Positions 50,864 through 61,740 of a stretch of DNA of 64,000 bases are shown piece after piece. Positions within the stretch are counted from its first letter, which is position 1; the number at the start of each line of letters is the position of its first letter. Below the pieces are notes generated by a model. That model was given only the letters and a program-made list of their open reading frames with translations, was not told the DNA's origin and did not search any database. Source of the stretch: Felis catus (lineage: Eukaryota); the NCBI RefSeq assembly GCF_018350175.1, contig NC_058373.1, forward strand, positions 103,046,001 through 103,110,000, in the 5' to 3' direction. The position numbers and the translations under genes are program-made.

Positions 50864-51088
50864 GGGGCGCCTGGGTGGCGCAGTCGGTTAAGCGTCCGAC
50901 TTCAGCCAGGTCACGATCTCGCGGTCCGTGAGTTCGAGCCCCGCGTCAGGCTCTGGGCTGATGGCTCGGAGCCTGGAGCCTGTTTCCGATTCTGTGTCTC
51001 CCTGTCTCTCTGCCCCTCCCCCGTTCATGCTCTGTCTCTCTCTGTCCCCAAAATAAATAAACGTTGAAAAAAAAAATTAAAAAAAAAA
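50864..51088 (+). mobile_element. CanSINE (feline SINEC_Fc), young subfamily
   Basis: Perfect 17-bp TSD gaaaatatctcaaaagc; CpGs intact. Confidence 0.97.
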
Positions 51089-51246
51089 GAAAATATCTCA
51101 AAAGCAATTAGAGCAAAAAAAAAATACGTTATTTTCAGAAAAGCAAAGACTAGAAATTATAGCAGATTTAATCACCAGAAGCAGTGCCAGGATCCAGTGG
51201 AGAAATATCATTGAGGTACTAAGGTAAAAACGTGGAATCTAGAATT

Positions 51247-51458
51247 TTTTAAAAAAATGTTTAATTAGTTTTGAGAGGGCGGGGGGGAGAAAATGAGCAG
51301 TGGAGGGGGCAGAGAGAGAAGGAGACACTGAGTCCAAAACAGGCTCCAGGTTCTAAGATGTCAGCACAGAGCCTGACGCGGGGCTCGAACTCACGGACCA
51401 TGAAAGCAGGACCTGAGTCAAAGTCATACACTTGACCAACTGAGCCACCCAGATGCCC
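51247..51458 (-). mobile_element. CanSINE
   Basis: TSD ggaatctagaatt. Confidence 0.95.
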
Positions 51459-52054
51459 GGAATCTAGAATTCTGTAGTCAGCAAAAATATGTATCAAAAA
51501 CAAAGGCAAAATAGAGACAAAGCCTAAGAATTTCTCACCAGCGAACCTGCATTTCTGGAGATGTTAAAGGAAGTCCTTCTGGCAAAAGGAAATGAATACC
51601 AGATGGAAATCTGAAAACACAGGTATGAGGCACACCTGTAAATACAGCCATTTTTTTTTCTTATTTCTAATTATTTTAAAAGATAACTGACAATGTAAAA
51701 CCAAAATCATAGCAATGTGTTGTGAGGTTTAGAGCAAATGTAGAAGTAAAATGTATGAGAACAAAGTACACAAGGCCTGAAAGAGGGAAATGGAAGAATA
51801 TTAGTATCAGATTCTTATGCTATATGTGATATGTGTGTATAACGTCAGTTGAAGTTAGGGCAGGACGAGAAGCAGGAGGGAGAGATTATAGAAAAACATG
51901 AGAAAATTTTGAGGGTGAGGATGACAGACATGTTCATTATCTTGACTATGGTGTAGTTTCATACAAGTATACATGTGTCAAAACATCAAATTTTATACTT
52001 TTGTGCAACTTTGACGTATGTCAATTATACTTCAGTAAAGCTGTAAAAAGAAGA

Positions 52055-53290
52055 AAAAAACACATGAGATACAATTTCACACTCATCAGACTTGCAGAAT
52101 TCAAAAAGTTCTTACAATGTCAAGTGTCGAGGATATGATTGTATACAGCAAAAGGAAGTATTAATTCTACACGGCCTCTTTGGAAAGCAATTTGGCAATT
52201 CCAAGCTGAAGATGGACAGATGAATATACCTTCCACTTTGCATTTCTACTTCCAGCTAATAATGACCCTAGAAAGAATTACACATAAAAAAAAAAAAAAA
52301 AAAAAAAGAGGTTAGAGTGGGAGAGAGCCAAAGCATAAGAGACTGTTAAAAACTGAGAACAAACTGAGGGTTGATGGGGGTGGGAGGGAGGGGAGGGTGG
52401 GTGATGGGTATTGAGGAGGGCACCTTTTGGGATGAGCACTGGGTGTTGTATGGAAACCAATTTGACAATAAATTTCATAAATATATATAAAAAAAAGAAA
52501 GAATTACACATGTGCAGCTTAAGACATGTATAAGTGTAGTCAGCACAGCAGTATTTCTAATACCAAAAAATTGGAAACAAATGTTTGTCAGTAGGGGAAC
52601 AGTAAATATAAGTATGTTTATACATATGTTATAGCATATTTGTATATCATAAAGCATAAGTAAACCATGGTGCCATCATATGATGAAATGGGATACAGCA
52701 ATTTTTTTTTCTCTGACCTTCATGTGCAAAGGAACCACCTAGGGATCTTTATGTCTGGGGTGGGGCTTGGAGTTCTGCCTCTTTTAAGAAGCCTGGTGGT
52801 GATGCGGCTGCTTCTGGTCTGTGGTAATTTGTGTAGTAAAACAACACTGCATGCATGAACTAGATGTATTTCTATCGACATGGATCAGTCAAAAAAAAAA
52901 AAAGAAAGAAAAGGAGAAAAGAAAAGAGAAGAGCGAGTTTCCAAAAGATTCGTACGGTATGATAGCTTTGATGTAAAGTTTAAAAATGCAAAGCCGTACT
53001 ATACATTCTCCATGAACGTGAATAGATATAAGATTGTTTTAAAAGATTGAAAACACAGATGTGGAGGAGAAGCAACAGGAGAAGCTGATTGTAGGAAGGG
53101 AGAAAAGGGAAATAGTAGTGCTGGAGGGGGAAATGCAGACGTCTGCTTAAATCGTGACATCCTGTTGTGTTTGTATTTTTCAAAAGTCCTGGAGGTAAAA
53201 CCCTAAAACAGAACCATTTGTTCCTTGTTGGATGTGTACACAATGTTTTATAGGATTCTGAGAACTAAAATATATTTAAAGCTTATAAAA
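52055..53290 (+). mobile_element. Old L1 (L1ME-type) 3' region
   Basis: 'atgagatacaatttcacactcatcagacttgca...ctttggaaagcaatttggcaat...aattggaaacaa'; interrupted by a young L1 and a MER5-like piece (about 52720-52850). Confidence 0.75.
52286..52495 (+). mobile_element. Young feline L1 3' UTR (heavily 5'-truncated)
   Basis: 'gaggttagagtgggagagagccaaagcataagagactgttaaaaactgagaacaaactgagggttgatggggg...tttgacaataaatttcat'; perfect 16-bp TSD agaaagaattacacat. Confidence 0.95.
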
Positions 53291-54085
53291 AACAAACACA
53301 AAAGGAGATTAGCACCCAAATCCAACCTATTACTCGGTTCAACTTCCATACTGGTAACAGTGCTCAATACCAAAATGGCAATGTTGCCCCTGGGTCTTGA
53401 AGCCAGACAGCCTCACTAATGCTTCACAAAATGAGATAGAATCTCCTTGTGGTTGTGCACAATGTGTTGGTAGAGACCCTAGCATTCCCTACCCGCCCCC
53501 CCCCACCGCCATTTTTTCGACTTTGGTCTCCCTAAGCAGAGGCCACCTTGTAATGAGGTCTTCTTTCTTTGAACATCAGATTGTATCCTAGTATAGGTGA
53601 AGTTTATGGGACATATATGTATATGGCTGATGCAATTTGGCTATAATATTTTGAATGTTTGTAATAATGCCTCATTGGAAATGTAAGTATAGGAACGACT
53701 GTAGCCATGATTTTAAAGGGTCAGTTATTTTCCTCTGAACTCCTATGCTGTGACAAGACAGCTCAGGCTTCGTGTCTGGCTACTCTTTTTCAGAAACAGG
53801 TCCACATTAGCTGGCCCCCCAATAGGAGGGGCCCCAGAACAGTCTGGGTAATTAGGACAGTCACCTGGTCTGTGCTGTTGCCATTGCAGCTTCTGAGACC
53901 TAACATTCAGGCTCTTTCTTCCTGCAGGTGAATGAAGGGGGACCCAACTTCCCAGGAACCCATAAGCTACCAGAACAACTCCCTCTTCACCATCAGATTA
54001 CACTGAGCCCGCCTGAATTGGTGAGAAACTTCAGCCCTTTTATTTTACATGAATCCTCTCCTTTTCCCCGAACTCAGTCATGGGA

Positions 54086-54102
54086 GGACAGCAGGTGGCA
54101 TT
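54086..54102 (+). promoter_or_regulatory. CTCF-like motif
   Basis: ggacagcaggtggcatt versus consensus GGCCASCAGRKGGCRSY; motif match only, no binding data. Confidence 0.35.
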
Positions 54103-55179
54103 AAAGTGTGCTTATTTTGGGTGTGTACTCAGAGTCTCTGCTTTTGTGTAGAGGAAGAAGATTACACTTCATTTCCAGGACTGGAAAATGGACCTTAACC
54201 ATCCTGATAGACTTAACTGGGTGCAGGGACCCCCTGCAGCAGTGACCAGTGAGCCCAAAAGTGTGATGCAGCTTCTCATTCACTCACCTGGCCTCCATGA
54301 TCAATGTCAAGCCAAGCCAGGAATCTGAAGCCTGGGGCCCTGGCAGGTCCACAGAGGTACCCCTCTAGGGGTGGAACTTGGCTCTTGTCCCTCTAGCCAC
54401 CTGTGGAGATAGGAACCCACTGCACCCATTGTCTGGGACATTGGAATAATGCCACTGTACCTTGAGGCCGGAGATGTTGTCACTATGTTGGCAAAGAGAG
54501 AAAAATGCTCTTCTGTATTCAGCCCAGCTAGGGGGGTGGGGAAAGAGAAGGAAGGGTTGTCAGTAAGGTTTATTGAGCCCCAACGTGCTATGGTGCTTAC
54601 TATACAGTTCATTCCATTTCATACAACTAAGCTGTTTTTCTATAATGACAAGTGCTGGCACTAGGTCTGGGTCAGGAAGTTTCTGGTATCAGCTGTTGGG
54701 CCGTTCTTAAAATCACCTCTGCATTCTGGCTCACTGGTCCACACTCCCCCTTCTCTGTGATAACTTCTCTCTAAAGACTCCGTTGTCCTTCTGGCTCCCA
54801 CTAGGGCCATCCCAGTCCATCAGACATGGCTGTATGTGATTCCCAATAGTGGGCAGCATTCAAGTCTTTTGTTTTCCCCGGGAGGCTTTCGGCCCTGTGT
54901 AAATTAGTAGCTATAAAAGGAAATGTCAAAGGGAGGAGTAGAGTCCAAATCTACTTACCCAGGGCCTCAAGGGCTCAGCTTCTGTCTAATAGAGGCTCTG
55001 TATTGTAAGCATATTGACTTCTTTTTTTTTCCCCATGTATTTCCATTTGATTATCACATGAACTCTGTGAGCCAGCTGATGTTTTCAGATATTTCAAACT
55101 AGATTCAGTGGATTATAAGTGAAGCAATAGTTTAGGGAAGAGAAAAAATTAGTTGAAGAAGGTAAGATGAACCAAGTTT

Positions 55180-55870
55180 TGAAAGAAAAGAGTTTAAGAA
55201 GTGATTGTGAAAAATGGCCTTTTAGATTGTGAGTCTTTGCAGGAGAGTCAGTGGTAGCCCACGTGAAGAACTCAGACAGAATGAGCGTGGCACACATGAG
55301 GAGAGAATGAGGAGATTGGCCTTCTGGAACCAAGCTAGTGTTGGGAAATAACTCAGATATGTGGGGTGAGGCCTGTGTGGAGCCAGAGGGATTCAGTGTT
55401 GGTTATTGAGCAAAGACAGAAGGAACTACCTAGTCTAAAAATGATGTGGGGTTGATGACAGGGTAAGAGAGTGAGAGGAGGGTCGAGAGAAAATAGATGA
55501 GAAGTTATTGCAGTAACTTAAGAAAAGTGAGTTCTAAGGTGAGAATGAAGAAAAAGGGACAAATCTGAGGCATTTCAAAATAAAGCCCATAGTAACAAAC
55601 GCAGGACAATGAGGATGTAAGAGCCAAGCTGCCTAGGAGCTGAACCCTGCTAAAGATGGGAGGTGTGGAAAAGGAGCACTGTTGGGGGGGGGGGGGGGGG
55701 AGACAAATTCTCTTTGGGACATGTTGAACTTGACGTGATGCAACAGTTTGAAATCCAGCAAAAGATAATTTGTAAGAATATCGATTAAATACAAAGTTAG
55801 AGTTCAACTCTGGAGAAGAACAATTTAAGATCGAGTCCCTATATTATAAAGTAACCCTGAAATGCCATGG
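55180..55870 (-). mobile_element. Decayed L2 fragment
   Basis: Purine-rich L2-like wording, e.g. 'gaagttattgcagtaactta...ggacaaatctgaggcatttc...ttctctttgggacatgttgaacttga'. Confidence 0.55.
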
Positions 55871-56754
55871 ATTTTCCACATGAAGACGTGGGTGAAATGG
55901 TCTCAGGAATTAGAAGTAAGAGGAACAGTCATCAGGATAACATTCTGGACTGTGGGATGATTCTGTTGAATGTCATTAAGACAAAGGTGTTACCATGCAG
56001 AAAAGTAGCTTAATCATTTCTTATTTGGCTACATCATATCATATTCATCAGTATGGACACAATGGATAAAGAGGGAACAAGTGTCTGAGGTCTCTGGATG
56101 TTGAAGGTTTTGTGTATTATTTCAGTAAAACACCGAGTTTAGCTAAAACCCCAAAATTTTGATGAAAAACTTAGGCCAGAAGTTTGAGTTGATTCAATAA
56201 TGTGAAGAAGAGGAACGTTGCTATTATAGTTACTGTGTCCTTGAAAACTCTTTTGACTTGCAGGACAGCTTGTAGGTTTTACTAATACAAAGTGAACCCT
56301 GGAGCTTTAGAAGTTCAAATGGTTCTATTGTAGAGGGCGGAGAGTTTGGAATTTGGGACTTGGCATATGGGATCATCTGGGCCAGTGGGGTGGTGTTAGC
56401 CTCAAGCATCTCTGCACAGAATGGCTCGTGTGAAATCTTGGTGGAGGAGAGGCCAACAGAGATGTCTAATGTTCAATTTAAAATTGCTTGAAATCCCATA
56501 TTAAAAATACCTCCTGTTTGGAGTAAACAAAGATTTGTAAGATAGGACTTAAAATGTACCAACCACAAAAGAAAAGCTTATATGTTTGACTTCATCAAAA
56601 TTAACTTTTGTTCATCAAAAGATTACATTAAGAAATGAATAGACAAGCCACAGAGTGGATCTACAGAGCTAGACCTCTATGGGACACAAAACAGGGGTTT
56701 GGGAGAGCCCTGCTACCATGTGGGTTGTATTAAGAATAGCCTTTGCCTAGGCCT

Positions 56755-57007
56755 TTCTTTTTTTTTTTTTTTTAAGTTTATTTTTATTTTTGAGAGAGAG
56801 AGGGGGAGGGAGGGAGGGAGGGAGGGAGAAAGAGAATGCACACAAGTCGGTGTGGGGCAGAAAGAGGGAGAGAATCCCAATCCCAAGCAGGCTCCATGCT
56901 GTCAGCGCAGAGCCCAATGTGGGGCTTGAACTCATGGACTGTGAGATCATGACCTGAGCCAAAGTTAAGAGTTGGATGCTTAACCGACTGAGCCACCCAG
57001 GTGTCCC
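56755..57007 (-). mobile_element. CanSINE
   Basis: Reverse SINE with (GGGA)n linker; TSD taggcc(t/a)ttct. Confidence 0.95.
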
Positions 57008-58254
57008 TCACTTAGGCCATTCTGATGTGCCTTGCTGAGTTTGGATAAGTATTTGAAACTTTGTATCAGAGCTTGGAGAATTTTTTGGATAAACCCTCAG
57101 TGTGTGTTATACTATATACTCACCAGTAAGATCCAGTGGTGACCTCAGTCCGGGCATTAAATTCTTTTTTTTCTTGCTCTTTGTAAAGGCTCACACAAGC
57201 ATATCTTCTCTCCCCACCTCTTCTTACCCCATCCGTTCTTTCTGTTGCATTCCTCTTTACTTCCTTCCTCTTATTTTCTACTTCTTTATAACTTTTCTAC
57301 CTTTATTGACCTCACTCTTATTTTGTGTAAAGCATTTCTGCATTGGTAAAAGAGCCACTAATTATACAAGAGAGAAAACAAAGTTAAGATTGGTTTTACA
57401 ATACTTAGCTTTTTAATTTTTCCCCTCCAAAAGTGAAATCCAGAGTTCGAACAGTTTGTTTATATGGCAGTACTAATTGGAGTAGATTGGATCCAGATTT
57501 TACTGAGTTATCACCTGGGGGGGGGGGGCTGGGAACTAACCAAAAGGTCTAGGTAATTTATGAATGAGAGCCTTGAATCAATTCACACAAAGAACACAAG
57601 CTATCCTCATGGTGTTCTCCTGTTGCTACTTTTAAATTTGTAGTGTTTCATAGTAAATATCAACATGTAATGCTACCCCAAACATGCACAAGTGCAGAAT
57701 AAACTCACTGACATATGCAGAAGAGAATGATAAGTGTTATTTTTGTGTTTCTTTTGTTGGTATTTTTTTTAAGTCTGAACTTGGTAAAGCTAAAAACCCA
57801 TAATCAATTTTGAGACAGACATAAAAATCTTCTGCAATTCTCTCTCTAGAGAGAACAAAAATAGGCAGCTTCCAATGCAAGAAATAGCTGTGGTTACATG
57901 GAAACCTTTGACTCTCAGTTTCTCTTTCCATCCTTTCCAGGGCTCCAAGAGCAGCTTACAATCATGGAGAGAAAACTTTGAGAACTTGATCTAAAGGGGG
58001 TTATTTTGGGGAAAGCATAATTTAAAAACATCATGGCTGGGTGGTTTAGAATTTGCTCATGTAAAATACATATGCATTTGCCTTCCACAATGCACAAAGG
58101 ATTCCTGTTATAAACCTCCTTCATACCAGTGAGGAGAATTGGTCTACTGGCAAATTTATCATGGGATTTCTCAGCTTAAGTACTATTTGTCTGTGAAATC
58201 TTTTGCAGATGGGGAAATTATTTTTGTCCACTCTGATGTCCTACAGATTTGTTA

Positions 58255-58258
58255 GAAA

Positions 58259-58326
<68 letters not shown>

Positions 58327-58361
58327 AAAAGAAAAAAGAAAAAAGAGAAAGAAAGAAAAGA
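58255..58361. repeat. (GAAA)n tetranucleotide repeat
   Basis: About 17 perfect GAAA units from 58261, then degenerate. Confidence 0.97.
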
Positions 58362-58513
58362 ACCAGACCCATGAGTTGTTACCAATGTCGGGATCTAATT
58401 AGTCACACTATCTAGATACTTTGCAAGAAGCTGTAATATCCAGTTGATGCCCACCACCCTATTTAAAATAAAAATAAAGGTGTTCCAAATAATCCAATTA
58501 TTTGGGCACCAAA

Positions 58514-58693
58514 CAGAGAAAGAAAAGAAAAGAAAAAAAAAGGAAAGGAAAGAGAAAAAAAGGAAGGAAGGAAGGAAGGAAGGAAGGAAGGAAGGAAGGA
58601 AGGAAGGAAAGAAGGAGGGAGGGAAGGAAGGAAGGAGAGAAGGAAGGAAGGAAGAAGGAAGGGAAAGAAGAGAGGAAAGGAGGAAGGGGAGGA
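58514..58693. repeat. (GGAA)n/(GAAAA)n polypurine repeat
   Basis: Directly visible. Confidence 0.97.
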
Positions 58694-59139
58694 GCTTTTC
58701 TCACTTAGGAAAGAGAAATTTTGCTAGAGAATGAAATCTGTTCATCTGCCACCAGAAGCATCAGTTTTCAGCACATGGGTCACTGCTTCTGAATAGGGTA
58801 CCAGCTGTGTGCCATACATGCCGTTGACGAGGAAAGACTCTGCTTTGAAACCTCAGGTTGGTGTCAGATCACCAGGAAATCAACCAACCTGGAAGGGCCA
58901 GGGTGTCACTTGTCTTTAAAGACTAGATGAACCATGGAGGGAAAGGTGAGCTCCCTGGCTGGCAATGCTAAATTATGTTAAGAAAAACACTTGACCCGTA
59001 TTCTCACATTCCCACCAGGGACTTGATGGCCATGGCGAGTTCCACAGTTGGTGAAACACTGGGATGGCAGTGATGTAGAACATGTGCATTTCAGTGCAAA
59101 CTCCTAGAGGGGTAGGGCTCACACCTCTGTCCTTGCAGT

Positions 59140-59290
59140 GGATAATAATAACTAGGGTGTGAAGAAGGAAATCAAGGCTTTGGGGGCTAAGTAATGTGTC
59201 AAATCAGATAAGGAGATCGAGACAAAGCAGGATTCACATCCAAGTCATTGGATGACAGGTTCTTAACCCCTATTCTGCATTACCTCCCAC
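59140..59290 (-). mobile_element. MIR fragment
   Basis: 'gaaggaaatcaaggctttgggggctaagtaatgtgtcaaa...caggattcacatccaagtc...ttcttaacc'. Confidence 0.6.
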
Positions 59291-60799
59291 TGTATGGGGT
59301 GGAAGGCAGAATTAGGGGCACCTGGAATACTTGTTATTGATTGTTTCCAATTTTGAGAGTTCTTTCAAATGATCCATTAGTCGCCTTCTCTTATGTTACA
59401 CCCACCCTCAAATGGTATTGCAGAGAAAGGCAAAGATGTCCCTGTGGATTAGACAAAGAAAAAACAAATAAATGCCGGTCTCCCTAATACCAGCAGCTTT
59501 TCACAGCAACAAAAAGCCAGAAGCTCTGAAAAGGAATATGAGGATGGACTGGCAGGGGTGAGGAGAAGGAAGAGAAATGGGGCAGTCAGGGTGCAAGACA
59601 CAGGATGCAGTTTTCTGTTTCCCAGGGAATTTCTGGTTTGGTTTTATTTGGGCAGCTCTTCCGTGCTTCTTCCAATGTAGAGAGAAGAAGATGGGGAGCA
59701 GAGCTGCAGAGAACTCCGAAGTGATTGGAAATAGCCGGGGGTCTAAGAGATTTCAGCCAATACGAGGAAGGGAGAGAGGGTCATTATGTATATGCTCTCC
59801 CAAGCTCTTGGGGAGAGAATCTGCTCTGTGAATCTGATTCCATATGGCTGGCTTTCCAGCCCACAAAGACGGATGAATATAGTGATGTGTTGAATATGAA
59901 CCACGGTGGAATTAACGGAAAGAAAAATTTTGTCTTTCTTGGCTCAGTATGTATTCTAGTCTCGCAGGAGTGCATCTAGTATCCATTAGATATTCACAAA
60001 GGTAGACAGATTGTTATAACAGGTTGCAAAGCACGAGGGCTCCAGGCCACCAAACCTAAGGCCTGAATACACTGACCTCAGAAATCTCGCAGAAGGGAGG
60101 GGTAAGCAGCAGCTGGTGAGAGGGTCCCCGGGGCGGGAACTCAGATGTGCCGCTAGCAACCCTGTGCGGTAGCCTTTTCAGTGTGCACCTGACTCTTTTT
60201 CTGGACTCCAGCCCCCATCCTCAGCCCCATTTTCATCTCCCAAATCAAATTTTAGTAAAGTAAGATACTGGCAGTTTCAATGGATTGTTAAAGCTCTTCG
60301 TGCCCAGCCTTGTTGACCTGACTTGTGCTTATTATTTTAGAGTAACCCTCTTACTAATCTGTTTCTACCTCATTCATTTGAAAAATGTCAGCAATGACTT
60401 GTTACACATGTGTTTGGTTGGAGTTTCTGTAGAGAAACATCCTGGGTCAAATCAGGGGAGCCAGAGCCCAAACCCTTGAGCCAAGAGACTTCCTCGAAGA
60501 GACTAACTGGGCCAAAAAGTCTTTGTGAATGTGGAACCAAACTTTGTTCTACAGGAATATGCACAATCAAATCTAAAGTTTGGAAAGAAAAAAAAATTTT
60601 TGTGTTTGATTTAACTATGTATTCAAGCATTATTCAGTAGTCCTGAGAATGACCTTTTTCATAGGCCGCCTTTGTCATGATGCCAATTTTGTTTTTTTTT
60701 CAGCAACATTTATGTATATATAACAAACCCTAATAGGAAAAGTGAGATTAACTGAAGGTTTTGAGTTAATTCCTTTATGTACTTCCTGCCCATGTCATA

Positions 60800-60860
60800 A
60801 ACCGGTAACAGAGTATGGGTGGTCTGAAAACCTGTGTTTTACAAATCAATTTGATGGGTG

Positions 60861-60900
<40 letters not shown>

Positions 60901-61032
60901 AGAAAATATCAGTTTATCACACATAATTTAAGTGTTTTTTTTTCATGAAATGTTTGCTTTAATTGTGTGTATGTTGGCTTTTAATATGTTTATCTCTGTG
61001 GGTCTTATAAAAATTTTTTTTGAAGATTACTG
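60800..61032. mobile_element. hAT-Charlie-type DNA transposon fragment
   Basis: 'aaatcaatttgatgggt...gaatagaaaatatcag...tttcatgaaa...ctgtgggtc...tttgaagattactg'; subfamily uncertain. Confidence 0.55.
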
Positions 61033-61249
61033 ACCAGACAGCAGAGAAAATAGCTCCCTTTAGATTGAGAGAAACTGGATTATCCAGAATGCTGAAAAGG
61101 AAACTAAGGAGCTTGACTTATGTGGAATCCATTGTGTCTTCTTAGCATATATTAAGAAATGATATGGTAAAGGTGAAGTTTTTGAAAAAGTTTGGCTGGG
61201 GTGTGAGTGATAGCTTGGGAGCAGGGACAGATACAGGGACTGAAATATC

Positions 61250-61740
61250 ACTGAAGGTCCTCAGAACAGACACCAATTCTTGCTGTCTTAAGCATGAAAG
61301 GAATTTTTCAAATGGATATTGGATAGCTCACAGAAATGCTGGGAAGTTTAGAGAACCAGGCTAAGTGAGCGAGCAGAACAGAAGGGGACTACACAGCCAG
61401 AGTCACAGTTGAAATCACCCCACAGAGCTGGTTTGGTGGGGACACCGTCCGCACAGCAGCTGAGTACTGGGCGTCGAAGCTGAGGCTGACCTGGCTTGCT
61501 AAGGTCATATGCAGCAGCTAAGGTCATGTGCAGCGCTGAGGACATCCACGGGCATTGCTGCCAGTGTGACTGCCGCAAAAAATTCCCAACTGTTTCCATC
61601 CCATGCATCATAGTCTCAGATTTAGGATGAGTACTTCTGATTGGCCAAGCCCAGGGGCAGACACCTGAGCTCTAGCTGCAGGAGAGGCTGGGAGACATCA
61701 TCTGCCCTTTCTGGCTTCTGCAGAAGGAAGTTGGCTCTAA
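61250..61740 (-). mobile_element. Old MaLR LTR (MLT1K/L-like), resumes after about 62511
   Basis: 'ttaagcatgaaaggaatt...ggatattggatagctcacagaa', 'tctgattggccaagcccagg...ctagctgcaggagaggctgggaga'. Confidence 0.65.

Larger units (their letters stand above)
49085..52050 (+). mobile_element. Old L1 (L1MC/MD-type) 5' UTR + ORF1 remnant + 3' end, ORF2 absent
   Basis: 5' UTR-like 49085-49700; ORF1-like remnants ('gagatgaaaactattatgtctgagatgaaa', 'aatctagaattctgtagtcagcaaaaatatg', 'gttaaaggaagtccttctggc'); inter-ORF-like 51650-51858; L1M 3' terminus 51860-52050. Confidence 0.75.

Noticed and set aside
5069..57011. Recurring ORF family with WVAQSVKRPTSAQVMIS...SSPASGSVLTAQSLEP peptides
   Set aside because: These are translations of CanSINE copies, not a gene family
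58203..58734. Lys/Arg/Glu-rich ORFs
   Set aside because: Translations of (GAAA)n and (GGAA)n repeats
61436..61465. REST/NRSE-like motif on the - strand
   Set aside because: Too many mismatches and wrong spacing; lies inside an old LTR
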